A program made the position numbers and the translations under genes. Below, in pieces: positions 26,432 through 39,671 of a DNA stretch of 64,000 nucleotides. Source of the stretch: Octopus sinensis (lineage: Eukaryota). The stretch is from positions 57,610,464-57,674,463 of the forward strand of contig NC_043011.1 in the NCBI RefSeq assembly GCF_006345805.1, written 5' to 3'. The notes below the pieces were generated by a model. It saw only the letters and a list, made by a program, of their open reading frames with translations. It ran no database searches and was not told the origin of the DNA. Position 1 is the first letter of the stretch. Each line of letters starts with the position of its first letter.

Positions 26432-27724
26432 GGGGAGGGAGGATGAGAGATAAATAGATAGAGGCAGAAAGGGAGAAAGAATGAGAAAGGAGCAGAAAGA
26501 AACGGATATACAGAAAGAAAGGGCCATAAAAAGAGAGGGTAAGAAAAGAAAGCATGATCTTGAACAAAAAGGGTTAGAGAGTCAACATGCTTTATTGCCA
26601 TGTTGTTTACAGAGTACTCAACAGGAGGCATTGCTTGTAATTAGTGACTAATCGTGGTCTCCTTTTGATAGTTTGATATTAGCTCCCGAGAATAATTAGG
26701 CTCTAACCTAGCTCCATACCCCTGTTGCATACCGGGAAATCATGCAAAAAAAAGGGTCCCCATTATATTGAATAACATCCTGAAACAGCATAGAAATGGT
26801 ATGTAATATCTAACGGCGTTCTTATTGAAACCCTATCTACCCACAGAATTAAAAATATTAGCCTATGTTCAACAATAAATAGAGGATAGGGATAATAGGA
26901 AAGGCTCGTAAGTAATTTTTTGTTCAGCGACTTCGAGTATTGAATAAACTGATCAAATTTACTGCCTAATAACAATATAGCAACGAAAATGAGTTTATTA
27001 CATGGGGGGGGGGGGTTCAGCTCAACTACTTACGTATATGAAAATATTTTCGGTGGAACCTCTTCACAAACTAATTGGTCGCCTCAATGATTATAAAACA
27101 TTAAACGTAGCCGAACCAGTTGGATATGAGAAGGAGGTTTGCAGAAAATGACAAATGACGTCATCGACTGCAGCGCATTTTATTCACTTAATTATTTTTA
27201 TATTATATATTTTTCCTACCGTTTTACATTGATTTTTTTTTTAAAGTTTGTGGAGGAGAGATGATTTATTTGTTGGAATAATTATTTCTGCAGCTGAATG
27301 CTTGACTTGCTGAGAGTCAGTCAATTGTGAAGTAGGAGTGGAACGTGTCTTTAATCAGTTACACAAATTAAACAAGCAGAACTGAATGCTTCTATCCAAC
27401 ATGGTGTATAACGATGGCTGCTATACGAGTAAATATATATATTTCCGTTGTGGTTTGATTAAAAAATGAAGAATAAAGCTAGTTATATCTCTGTAGGATC
27501 TTCGAAACTCCGGGGGAAAAAAATGAAAAACGTATGATGCCTGTTTTTCTGCTGTAGGAACGGTTTATAATATATATATATATTTTTTTTTCTCAGACCT
27601 GATCCAAATAAGGTTGATAAAAGAAGGGCATTTAAAGTTAATGATCTTATTCCGAATGATGTATTAGATGTCCAACCAACAATACGTAGAACTTGCATGA
27701 CCAGCTATTTTTTTTTCTTTTTTT

Positions 27725-28112
27725 CTTTTACTTATTCCAGACATTGGACTGTGGCCATTCTGGGGCACTGCCTTGAAGGGATTAGTCAAGGAAATCAGCC
27801 GCACCACTTGTTTGTCATATCTGGAACTTAATCTGTCGGTTTCTTTTTCCTAAATGCTAGATAACAGGGACGTAAACAAACTATGAACAACGGTTGTTAA
27901 GCGATAATAGGGAGACAAACACAAAGGGACACACTGCTACACATTTATATATGCCGTAATTCCACTCAGTTTTCGTAAACCAAATTTCTTCACAAGGCAT
28001 TGTTCAATCCGTGGTTATAATAGAAGCCGCCTGCCCAAGATGCCGCTCAGTTGTACTGAACCGAAAACCGTGTGGATGAACAGAATTTCCTGAAGCACGC
28101 AGCCATGCCCGT
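27725..28112 (-). mobile_element. Old, diverged SINE family A-like copy
   Basis: Recognisable tail (ggactgtggccattctggggcac...gggacgtaaacaaac) and head remnants. Confidence 0.6.
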
Positions 28113-29676
28113 ACTTTAAGTTTTGGTGTTAGCCCTACTAAGTAAGCAAACGCTTGCCCAAGATGAGGCAGAGATGGGTTGAAATCAAAAGCAAACGGTC
28201 ATACTTAAACCCGTTTACCAATCTGCTGCCATACCTTCATTGTGTTTGTATTTGTAACCACGTGGTCTGCAGTCATATCTTGACAATCAGCATGCTCCTC
28301 AGCCAGAATGAAGAATCTCGCAGCCATTCTGTCTCTATGATAATAATTAACTCATAACTTAGAAAGAAAATAGGTTCCAAAGAGTTAAAAATAATAAAGT
28401 AGAAATAGAAAAAAAAACACTGATTATTGTAAGTCTCTTTCCAACGTAATAAATGCAAAGCGAGTAAAGTATATCTGATAACCAAAACTAACGTGTTTCG
28501 GTTAGGAAATTTTATCTCACCGTGAGAGATCATCTTACATTGTAAACTGTTTGAAATGGAGAAATTTTCTTAATGCTTTCATTAAGTTAACAATTTTCTG
28601 TAGCAATTTTGTTGGGTCACTTCTATTACAAGATTTACTGCGAGCTGCGTACAGTTGTATCGTGTAAAATAGGAATTCGTAACTGATTTGAAGGACCCAA
28701 CAGTGATATGGAGATTTTGTCTTCAAAATTGCGACGCAAAAATAATAACGTTGAGATAATGTGAAAACACAAGAAGGGAAGTGCAAATTCTTTGGATACA
28801 GAACATAACATACATCTCAGATTACATTGTATATTGTGGAGGACTGCAGAGACTAGAGCTGATAGTAGAGAAAAAGAGCATTTAAAATTTATGGCTGGAA
28901 ATGAGATATTTTGCTGAAAATATGAGTGCGCGGCGTTGAAATGAAATATATGGCCAATAAGATGAAGATTCAATATTGCTATGCACTCACGCGCGTGTAA
29001 ATGTACGCATGTGCATATGTTTTCATGAGTGCATGTATATACGTATATAATCTAAAACACAAGGCAAAGGAAGAGTTAATTACATCTTTAATGACCTGCT
29101 ACAATTGTTTCTGTACCAACTCTGTTTTCAAGGCCAGTCCGCACAAAAGTTCCGTACGAAAAGTTACGTAATGTTTGCGGTGTTAAACTGTGGAGCGGCA
29201 CGTCTTCAGGCTTGAATCAAAGTTGCGCTCTTACACGATGTGTCATCCAAGCGTTGTGCCTTGCATGTATCGGGAGGACACACTATGTATAAATAAATGG
29301 AATTTAAAATAAAATTGTGAAATGACGGACGGGGCAAACACGATGTTAATAACAAAACAAATAAAAAAAATATGGTTTGGAGAGGAACAAGACGATAAAA
29401 GAGGACGAAGGAGGAGAAACTGAAGAGGAAGAAAAAAGAACAAGAAAGAGAAAGAGAAAACCAATAGGGAAAAGAAGAAAAGAAAGAAGAGGAAGTATAA
29501 GATGTAAAGGGTAAGACGATCTAATAACAAGTAACAACACCGTCGCCGGCTCCGATCATTAATGGATGAGTGAGTAAAATAGTATTGGCGTAGAGCGGTG
29601 AACTATAAATATCTAGTAATACTAAGAATGATAATGAAGATGATGATGATGATGATAATAACATTAATAATAACTT

Positions 29677-29729
<53 letters not shown>

Positions 29730-29798
29730 GTCGTAGTAGCGGCAGCGGCTATTGTAGTAGTAATAATAGCAACAATAATCTACACTCATATATATATG

Positions 29799-31030
29799 CA
29801 GGAGTTAGACAAAATAATTGGAACAGGTGTTAAATTCAATGAATATTTATTTAATGCGGTGTTGGTCCTTCCTTCTGAACAGCTTCGATGTGTCTAGAAA
29901 TTGATTCATACAGATTCCTGACTTCCTTGAGAGGAATTTTGAGCCACTCTTCCTGCAAACCCTGCTCCAGCTGTTGCAGACACGGCGGTAGAGGGTAACG
30001 ATGCACCACAGATGCTCAATAGTATTGAGAGCTGGAGATTGAGGGGTCGGGCACTCCATGTGTTGTAGCTCACTACTACGCTCTTCATACCAATTCTTAA
30101 CCACTGGAGCATTGTCATCTTGGAAGTTGCACTCACCATCAGGGAATAATGTCTGGATTATGGGAAGGACTTGATTTCCCAAAATATTCAGACAATCATT
30201 GCTGTTGATCCTATCAAGCAGGGCAACGATTGGACCAAGAGAATTCCAAGAAATGGCTGCCCAAACCATCACAAAACCTCCTCTGTGCTTCACTGTAGGA
30301 AGAAAGCAGTCAAGGTTAAAAGCTTTTTTCGGGTTGCCCCCACACATAAAATAGCCCTGCAGTGGAGCAAAGAGAAAAACTGGACTCATCGGAAAATATC
30401 CCTTGCTTCCATTGGTCTGTCGACCACCCCTTGTGATCTCTACGTCAGTTCAGTCTTAACTGAATGTTTTGATGAGAAAGCAGGTTTCCTGATGGTGGTT
30501 CTTCCATGATATCCAGCTTTATTGAGCTCATGGCAAATTGCTTTGGTCGAAACTGGGCTAGTCAGGTGTTGATTCAATTCTAAAGTCACTTTAGGGGCAG
30601 TTGTCCGGTGATTATTCATCACAATGCGATCCAACACTCGTCGGTCTCTTTCAATAAGCTTCGAAGTCCTGCTGAACTTACTCCTCCTGCTGGAGGTTCA
30701 TGCCCTGCTTATCAAATTCAGTCATGGTCCTTGATATGGTAGTTCTCGAAAATCGAAGGAGTCCAGCTGTTCTAGTGACAGAAGCTCCTGCCGTTCGAGA
30801 TCCAACTATTGCCCTTTTTCGAACTCAGTCAGGTCACGCATCGTAGCTTAATTTATTCTACAATCTGAAAAAGAGAGAGAAATGATCATTAAATTAGATA
30901 AATAAAACCATCTACAATACAAAAAAACAAAACACGTACAATGAAATTTGGATGAATATTTGCAACATAATGACTCATTGAATATTGGAGTCAAATTACT
31001 ACTGTTCCAATTATTTTGTCCCACCTCGGT
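29799..31030 (-). mobile_element. Tc1-family (DD34E-type) DNA transposon, degenerate, with terminal inverted repeats
   Basis: TIR core GACAAAATAATTGGAACAG at 29808-29826 and its reverse complement at 31002-31020. The minus transposase runs from ATG at 30841 (MRDLTEFEKGQIVG) through FSDESSF, TVKHRGGFVMVWAAISW, FQDDNAP and PQSPALNTIEHLW, with frameshifts. Confidence 0.92.
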
Positions 31031-31164
31031 CTATGGCAGTGTTCCAGTATTGCTGTGGACCAATGAACGAAACAAGGAAACGATAATGCATCGCGCGCGC
31101 TCACACACACACGTACAAATCTCATCTGCGAATGTATGGAAAACGAACCTCCACCAACTATTCT

Positions 31165-31420
31165 GACTATATGTCTGCGCACACCTTTGAATGCGGTGTA
31201 TGCCAGAAGGTTTTCAAATCCAACGGATGCCTCAAAAGACATGTTAAGATCTACTAAGAGCAGAACTTATCTGCTGGTATTGGTGCTCTAAATCAGAGGT
31301 GCAATCTATATGTCTTTTCAGAACATTGTCTGGTTTAAAAAATCCATATCAGACGCCATGATGTTGCTAAGGTGTAGGTACAGGAGGTGATGACTGCGAC
31401 TCAAAAGTTTGAAGACAGTA
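31165..31420 (+). mobile_element. 3' end of an RTE-like LINE with C2H2 fingers (second copy)
   Basis: FECGVCQKVFKSNGCLKRHVKIY...KIHIRRH. Homologous to 8720-8952. Confidence 0.6.
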
Positions 31421-31568
31421 GGCAGGAAACGATCGTAGTGGGATATTAAATATTTATTTTTTGATAATTTTGTTACATATTTAAATAATATAAATTAATC
31501 ATATGCATTGGCTTAAGTCTTTCATTGTTTGATTTGCCTAATAGTGGTTTTGTCTCTAATTTAATATA

Positions 31569-31623
<55 letters not shown>

Positions 31624-31624
31624 C

Positions 31625-31952
31625 AAAAAATAAGCAACAAGAATGACTCCGGTAATTTGGTAGAATTGTTCCGCACTACATTTTATTAAACGTTGTAAGT
31701 ATTACAGCAGATTTAAGATGTTGAGTGCTCTTCAGCCAATTATATAGGTTTTCCAATAATACAAAAGCTTTCAAATCAACCTTCTCTAAAATGTTACTAC
31801 TTGATTTGAAAGCTTTTGTATTATTGGAAAACCTATATAATTGGCTGAAGAACATCTTAAATCTGCTGTAATACTTACAACTTTTAATAAAATGTTGTAG
31901 TGCGAAACAATTGTACCAAATTACCGGAGTCATTCTTGTTGCTTATTTTTTT
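31625..31952. mobile_element. Head-to-head inverted hammerhead-bearing element (Penelope pLTR-like)
   Basis: Arms 31625-31779 and 31801-31952, next to (TA)n. Consensus of the two arms: TTGG-CTGAAGA-GCAC...GTGC-GAAAC-AATT-GTA-CCAA. Confidence 0.82.
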
Positions 31953-32062
31953 ATTATAATCAGCCCGCAAATTTTTATGGATAACACCATACAAAATTCT
32001 GGTGCATCTAAATTAAGTACCATATTCATTTGAATCTAAATTGTTGCTGAACATATAATTCC

Positions 32063-32197
<135 letters not shown>

Positions 32198-34169
32198 CGT
32201 ACACACTGATACACATATGCAGTCCAAAATAAGGAAAGCACAAGGAGAAGGTGAAAGAACAACCAGCTAGGTGTATTAGGGTGCGGCTCAGATAAAATGG
32301 AAGAAGTCTTTGCTGTTTGGAGCCTAGGCTTTCGTACAGAAACTGTAGATGAGAAGAGAGAAAAATAAAACAGGAAGACACAAAACGAGACTGAGTTAAA
32401 TGGTCAAGGCTTATTGAAATAAGATGAAGGATTTGGCTTGAGGCGTGGATGGCAAGGGAGACAAAAGTGACCCTCACATACGTGTGTTCAAACACGTGCA
32501 TATGTGTGAATCTAATGTGTGCGTGCACCTATACCTATATGAGCGCGCGCGTGTATCCGAGAAAGCACGCGTGTGTGTATGAAACGGATGTGCGCGTATA
32601 TACTATGTGTGTTTGTGAATCTTTGTGCATGTGTATGGTCGTGTATATGTATATGTGTGTGTGTGCGTGAGGCTATCTGATGTGTGTTAGCAAATAAGTA
32701 AAAATCGGAAGTGTGTGTGTATGCATATATGTGAGTGCGTATGTGTATATAAACAATTTGCATATCGTTATATATATATATCTTTTTTCTCACTCTGTAC
32801 ACACAGACACAGATACACACGCACACACACACACACACATACACACACACACAACACACACACATACACACACATACGGGTATAGACATGCGTATATAAA
32901 TATTATATTACACTGAATAAATTGTTGAAAAATTATAGTTAATCGTGGTTTCATCGTTGGAATTGTCGTAAATTGTAGAATACTTTTATTCTATACTATA
33001 CTATTTTATACTATTGTTCTCTACCAGTTTTGAGTAGTTTTAACCATTGTTATTGCATTATTTAAAAGTAACTTCACATTAAACTCTTTTATAGCGTTCT
33101 AGGTTTTCAGCTCTGTAATGTGGTGCATTTTAAAGAATATATATGTCATTCTTTCTTGTTTGCAGATAATTTTTGTCTGCTTGTTGAATTCGTTCATTTT
33201 TTCCCCAACCCCAAAATAGCAAAGATTTATTTTATTAAGTCTATCTATTTGTAAGAGACAAATAAAGAAAGTTGGGAGGAATAAAATGAAATGAAATACA
33301 AGTAAAAGAAATATTTTTCCTTAGGTAAAGAAACAAAGGATAAGTCAAAGCATAGCAGGGAAGACATTTATCTTTGTTTGGAATACAGTTTCTTGCATCA
33401 AAATTCCATTTCTAAGAAGAGACAATTGGGAAAAAAGAAAGATACATTGTTCATTTTGCAAAAACAAAAATGAAATAACCACACTATGAAATATAACACA
33501 TTTAAATGGGACATTGAAAGCAGCAGAAAGAAAACAAGTAAAAAAGAAAAACAAGCGCAAAATGAAAATGAAACAAAGATGTAAAACAGTGTTGTGTGAT
33601 GAAGGAAAATCAAGGTAAAAATGATGCCTTTCAAAGAGACAAGCTATTACAAAGCTAAAATACATTAAACATACAATAGCTACATAATAGAATATTGTGT
33701 ACAACCAGCAAGTGCTTTTACAAAGAATCTCTATTTTGGGTCACAATAGGGCCTTTGGCTTTCTTCCTTTCTCTCTTTCATTCTTTCTTTACAGCTCACA
33801 TTTCATCTTTTTGTTTTGTGAATTGTTATTTTTTTTTTGGTTTCTTTTTACTATATTGATTGAATTTTACTTATTGATACGAGCGTAGTTAACAGATTTT
33901 TTCTTATAACTATAGTAATAATTGTTCCGCCGGTCAATTTCTAAAAGTCTTGCGGACGTTTTATAATATAATGCAATTTTGCTGTTCATAAATATGCTTT
34001 AACCTGTTCCTGCTCAGTGTTCTCTCTTTCCTTTATATCATAACAGCGAACCAATTGCTGTGAATTCCACAGGGAGCTCCACTCTTGCATCATTCACGCT
34101 CATTACATTCATAAAGCCACCAGCTATTTCATCGAAGCAGCACAGTGGTTCTCATTATCTGACATCGCA

Positions 34170-34192
34170 TTGATAATGATAATAATAATAAT

Positions 34193-34228
<36 letters not shown>

Positions 34229-34231
34229 AAC

Positions 34232-34277
<46 letters not shown>

Positions 34278-34282
34278 TAATA

Positions 34283-34313
<31 letters not shown>

Positions 34314-34315
34314 TG

Positions 34316-34382
<67 letters not shown>
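34170..34382. repeat. (AAT/AAC)n microsatellite
   Basis: Directly visible. Confidence 0.95.
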
Positions 34383-34383
<1 letters not shown>

Positions 34384-34790
34384 TCAGTGCGACCATGAGA
34401 TAGAGAACAGTATGCCAGATATAGTGTTAATGGAGAAAGAAAGCAAAGTATGCTGGATCACAGATATAGCATGCCCAGCTGACAACGAGGTATGCGATAA
34501 GGAAGAAAAGTCGATAGATATGACAGGTTAGCTTGGGAGGTTAAGCAGTTGTGGTCGATAAAAAAGGTGGTGGTAGTAACAATAATTGTCGGAGATCTGG
34601 GAACAGTGAGTAAAAATCTTGGAACACATAGGAGCTGCAATATGGGTGGAGCACTTGCAGAAAGCAGCACTGTTTGGAACCGTTCGAATACTCTGGAAGG
34701 TTCTCGAAAAATAGGTGTTACCTTAGTTCACTGGTAGTGAACAGCTGACACCGTTGTGCGTCTCCAACGTGAGAAGCTATGCAAAGGCAA
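34383..34790 (+). mobile_element. R4/Dong-like non-LTR retrotransposon 3' end (RLE endonuclease and 3' UTR)
   Basis: IQCDHEIENSMPDIVLMEKESKVCWITDIACPADNEVCDKEEK...VVVTIIVGDLGTVSKNL (PD-x-D RLE motif). Flanked by AAT-type repeats. Confidence 0.88.
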
Positions 34791-34825
34791 TGATAGTAGT
34801 ATTAGTAGTAGTAATAATAATAATT

Positions 34826-36046
34826 ACACATACTTGCTATACAGAGGTTTCTGTTCCCATCTGCTAGCTAATTTTTCATGTACTTTTGTATTTGCAATTA
34901 ATTTTATTTTCGTTGTAACAGCAGTTGGCGCATTTCCTTCAACCTGATCAATCTGGTGGGTATCTTAGAGATCAGTAGCGAATTTTTTGCTCTCTTTGAG
35001 AATAGAGTGAAGTTTTTTTAGGTCTTTCATGTTTTTCAACAAGTTTTAGCATCCGATCTTTGGTTGCTTCAAGGTATTTGGCCAATCCGATTGTGGTAGT
35101 TTTGTATGTAAGTTCAAGCTGGATCAAACCTCGACCTCCCTGAGCTCTGGGAAGGTAAAGACGATCCACGTCTGCCTTTGGATGGTGCATCTTATTACAA
35201 GTCAGTAGCTTGCGGATTTCTCTGTCAATTTTCATTATTTCACTGGTATTCCAGTTAAGCACATTGAAGCTATAAAGAACAACTGGTACTGCTAAGGAAT
35301 TTATGGCTAGCACCTTATTATATGCATTCAGCTCAGACTTCAGGACCGCTCAAACTCTTCTATAACATTCCTTCCTAACCTTCTCTTTCATGCTTGCATC
35401 CTGGATACCAGAGCTTTCATTTATTCCTAGGTATTTATAGGTTTCTTCCTGCTCAAATTCCTTTATTACTGTTTCGACATCTAATTCGAATGAACTAGAC
35501 TTTACCAATTTCCCTTTTCGTAAAAGTGACTTCGGCACACTTTTCAAGGCCAAACTCCATCCCGATATCATCACTGAATCCTCTCACAGTATGTTGCAGT
35601 CCTTCACGCTCTTCATCATCTTTGCCATATAGCTTTAAATCATCCATATAAAATAGATGGCTTATTTTCCTGTTGTCAATTTTGTAGCCATATCCTGTTC
35701 TATTCAGTTCACTTGAGAGTGGTATTAGTGCTATGCAGAAAATTAGTGGTGAAAGTGAGTCACCTTGGAAAATGCCACAGTTTATGCTAATATTGTTTGA
35801 TCGCAATACTCCATTAGAATGATATAATTGGAGCTTCGTGTTGCATAGTGACATATTATACTTTAAAAAATCTGAAATCACAGGAGAAATTTTGAAAATG
35901 TCCAGTGATTTCAGAATCTACGAATGTGGTATGCTGTCAAAGGCTTTTTTATAATCAATCCATGAAGAGCTGAGATTTCTGCGCTTATGGTAGTTCTCAA
36001 GGCTCATGCGATTACTTAGGAGCTGATCTTTGCATCCGTATGAGCC
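34826..36046 (-). mobile_element. R4/Dong-like non-LTR retrotransposon RT fragment
   Basis: GSYGCKDQLL...WIDYKKAFDSIPH...GIFQGDSLSPLIFCIALIPLS...SHLFYMDDLKLY...GLEKCA...YKYLGI...DRLYLPRAQGGRGLIQ...WEQKPLYSKY, with frameshifts and stops. (TTA)n follows at 36050-36180. Confidence 0.93.
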
Positions 36047-36052
36047 TAATTA

Positions 36053-36115
<63 letters not shown>

Positions 36116-36127
36116 TGTTGTTGATGA

Positions 36128-36178
<51 letters not shown>

Positions 36179-36489
36179 GTCATCCTCAGATTACCTAACT
36201 GTCAAAGTCCAACTCCGAGTTACAATTGCTTGCTAAATACAAACATTGCTTTATTTCACGGTCGAGTGGGTTAAGAAAGGCATGTGGCTGTACAGCAATC
36301 GTTTCTCTCAACCCGCATACGATATTTCTTCAGTCCGATAATGAAGAAATTAATGTTTAATCGCCAAAAGCAAGCTGGCGGATGTGAACTAGTTATGTAA
36401 TTAAGTATTATGTAATTATGTATTTGATCAGGCGAATAAAATTAAATGCACCATGTTCTAAGTACACAGCGGAATATTATTAGCAGCGT

Positions 36490-37010
36490 TGACAGTCGTA
36501 GTTGTCGTCGATGTGGTGGTCGTCACCATCACCATCGACATCCTCGTCATCATTATTATCACCATTGTCATCATCACCACTGTCACCACCACCACCACCA
36601 CCACTACCACCACCGCCACCACCATCATCATCATCATCACCATAATCTTGATTGTCGTCGTCAAGGCTGTACACCAAGAAAACGAAAACACCAAAGCCAC
36701 AACCACCAGCATCACCACCACCACAACCACTACAACCACCACCACTACCACCGGCACCAGCACCAGCACCACCTCCACCTATCATAATCACCACCACAAT
36801 CTCCACAACCACAACCATGACTACCACTACCATCAATCTCACTCCACCACCAATGCCATCACCACCACCACCACCACAATCACTAGCGTTGAAATCGTTA
36901 GAAATATCTATTTGTTATCATCTTCATCATCATCATCGTCGTCGTCGTCGTTGTCATCATCATCTTTAACACCACCAACAACAACAACATCACCACTACC
37001 GTCGTCCTCC
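36490..37010. repeat. Compound (CAT/CAC/GTC) trinucleotide array
   Basis: Directly visible. Confidence 0.9.
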
Positions 37011-37152
37011 TGTTCGTCATTATTTTCCTCAACTGCATAGCTGTCGCCATACTGACTCCAGAAATAGCAACCAAATCACCCTTATTAAATCGAACATGAC
37101 AGTTTTATGATGTTACTCGTAAGAGAGTCAGCACTCTAGTCCAGCCATCTGG

Positions 37153-37588
37153 TTTTTTTGTTTATATCCTGATTTCCGTAGTGTGGAGTTATAGGCCTCT
37201 TTATGTCTGTTAACGATGTTCATGTTGGAGGAGAGACGTGAAATTCTATTCCTAATGCTATGTACTAGGCTACTCTTAATAAAGTTGGGGAGATTACTTG
37301 CAGCGTTAATGTATTAGAGGTTCGTGTTAGGTTTCATGTAGGGTTCATATAGTCCTGTGGCTAGGTTGCAGGTTGTGTCTAAGTAGTTAATAGAGGTGTG
37401 TTCGTTTTCGATAGAAATAGATAGTCCAAATCTTTTGAAGAATTTATGTAGCTTTTCTTTTAGAAGTTCTAGTTTTCTATTTGAGGGTTTATTAATTATG
37501 AAGAGAGCGTCATCCGTGTATAACCCTCCTTTGAGTTCCGGGAATTCGTCCTTTATGTATGATAGCAGGAGGGAAGCTTCTACACTAG
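37153..37588 (-). mobile_element. Penelope-like element RT C-terminus/thumb (inverted segment)
   Basis: LLLSYIKDEFPELKGGLYTDDALFII...INYLDTTCNLATGLYEPYMKPN...YINAASNLP...RISRLSSN...YNSTLRKSGY. Confidence 0.88.
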
Positions 37589-38330
37589 GAAAAACAACGC
37601 AAAAGACAAACAAAATAACGATAATATCTGGTTCTTAATCCCCTACACCATGCACCTCAGATCAAATATAGTTCGCTCATTAATGAAAATGATAGACAAA
37701 CACTTAAACGTTAATAATAAATACACAGAATTATTTAGGAATAAAATCAGAATAGGCCACAGTTTGGCTAACAACTTAGCCACAATAATAGCCTTAATGA
37801 ATAATAAAAAAACTTGACAAATTCTACGAAACTAGAAAAATAGTGAACAATAAAAGTAATAACCAACCAACTAATAGGACCAAGCCCCCACTAATGCAAC
37901 GCCTCCTGCCTACTTAGGTACTGACCTGAATAATAATTGGCCCCCACAATACAACACAGACGTAGATACACCTATTTATTTATGCGGCTGTAGTGATAGA
38001 ACAAAGTGTCGATTCTCAAACAGATGTAAGACAAATAACGTAGCTTACCAATGTGACGTCCGGACAAATAACCAGACGAAATCTTACATAGGTGCAACTA
38101 AGAACCAAATGATTCTCAGATATAATACACATCTATCCAGCTTCAGAAATAGGAATAAGGCAAACTCAACAGGACTTAGTGCATACATTTGGAAACTTAA
38201 GGATAAAAAAAAAAAAGATTTTAGCTTTAACTGGCATATACAAACAAAAACAAACACCTACAACACCGCGTGGAGGCGCTGCGATCTCTGCCTATCAGAA
38301 CGCCTAGCTATACTTACGGATCCTGCCAAA
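37589..38330 (+). mobile_element. Penelope-like element linker and GIY-YIG endonuclease
   Basis: NIWFLIPY...MIDKHL...FRNKIRIGHS. Then CGCSDRTKCRFSNRCKTNNVAYQCDV...SYIGATKNQMILRYNTHLSSF...TGLSAYIWKLKD...RRCDLCLSERLAIL. Confidence 0.88.
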
Positions 38331-38478
38331 GGCTTTCTCCACGTCCACAGAAGCTAAGTATAAGGGTTTATCTTTCGCTAGGTATTTCTCCGGCAGTTGT
38401 CGAACCAGGAAAATGGCATCAGTGGTACTTCTACCCGGCACAAAACCGAACTGCATCTCAACTAAGCAGTCTCTCTCT
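38322..38478 (-). mobile_element. Short RTE-type LINE RT fragment
   Basis: EMQFGFVPGRSTTDAIFLVRQLPEKYLAKDKPLYLASVDVEKAFGRI. Confidence 0.85.
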
Positions 38479-38479
38479 C

Positions 38480-38645
<166 letters not shown>

Positions 38646-38679
38646 ATCGAAAAATACCATAGGTTCGAAATTTCCCCAA

Positions 38680-38725
38680 GACACCTGATGAAGTCTGGAG
38701 GGTATATCAGCCGAAACGTTGTGTT
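38680..38725 (+). ncRNA. Minimal type I hammerhead-like motif in a Penelope pLTR-like end (element about 38645-38815)
   Basis: GACAC-CTGATGA-A-GTCTG-GAGGGTATAT-CAGCC-GAAAC-GTT-GTGTT, with palindromic AACGTT at stem III. Confidence 0.65.
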
Positions 38726-39202
38726 AACAGCAAAGAGGATGAGGACAAATATACGTCAAATGTAAATAATGTAAATAATGTACATAATTCCTCATCTCTT
38801 AAATATAGAACTGTAAGGATGCTATGCTTGAAAAAAAACATAAAATAAAAAGCAGGAAAAGAATAAAAAATGCAATCGTGCAAGAAAGCAGAAATATAAG
38901 TCTTTGCCTTATGAAATTAAAATTCATGGATCTGCATTAAAAGTCACTAATCAGTTTGGTTTTATATATTGGAAGGAAAAATAATGTTTTTTTTTTTCCA
39001 GCGAAATATTCCATTGATATTACGTAAGAGACTTTCGCAAATAATATCGACATATTTATCGATAAGTGATTTATGAATAACATCATCAAGATGGAGGAAC
39101 GGTTTTTAATTTGACATTTCATTGAACGGGACCAATTAATCATTCTCTCACTCAAACATTTGCCATAGAACGAACGATTTTGAAAAACGTTGTTGCGCAT
39201 GC

Positions 39203-39233
<31 letters not shown>

Positions 39234-39671
39234 CATACATACGCACACACGCACATACATACGCACATACACACATATATACATATAAGCACACGCATAT
39301 GTGTGCCTGAATGTGTGTGTGTATGTATATATATATATATATATATGTATATACATAGATATACTAGTATGTCTATATTTGCATCTGTCCATAAATACAT
39401 ACATACATACATAAATGTTTATGTAATTTTTTTGATTAATGGGTATATGTCAGTTAGTGTGTTGAGTAAAGCACGTCCACGGTATAGGCTACCTGGTGTC
39501 ATCCACGGTTGGGGTATATTTTCTATAGATCGATGTCAGGAATTCCACAGTGTTAGTTAAGATAATAATAATAATTTACGAAGGAAACGAAAGATAGATA
39601 CGGAAGTAGTCTTATAAAGACTACTGTCCAATCTATCTTCCGTTTTCTACATGAATTATATATATATATAT

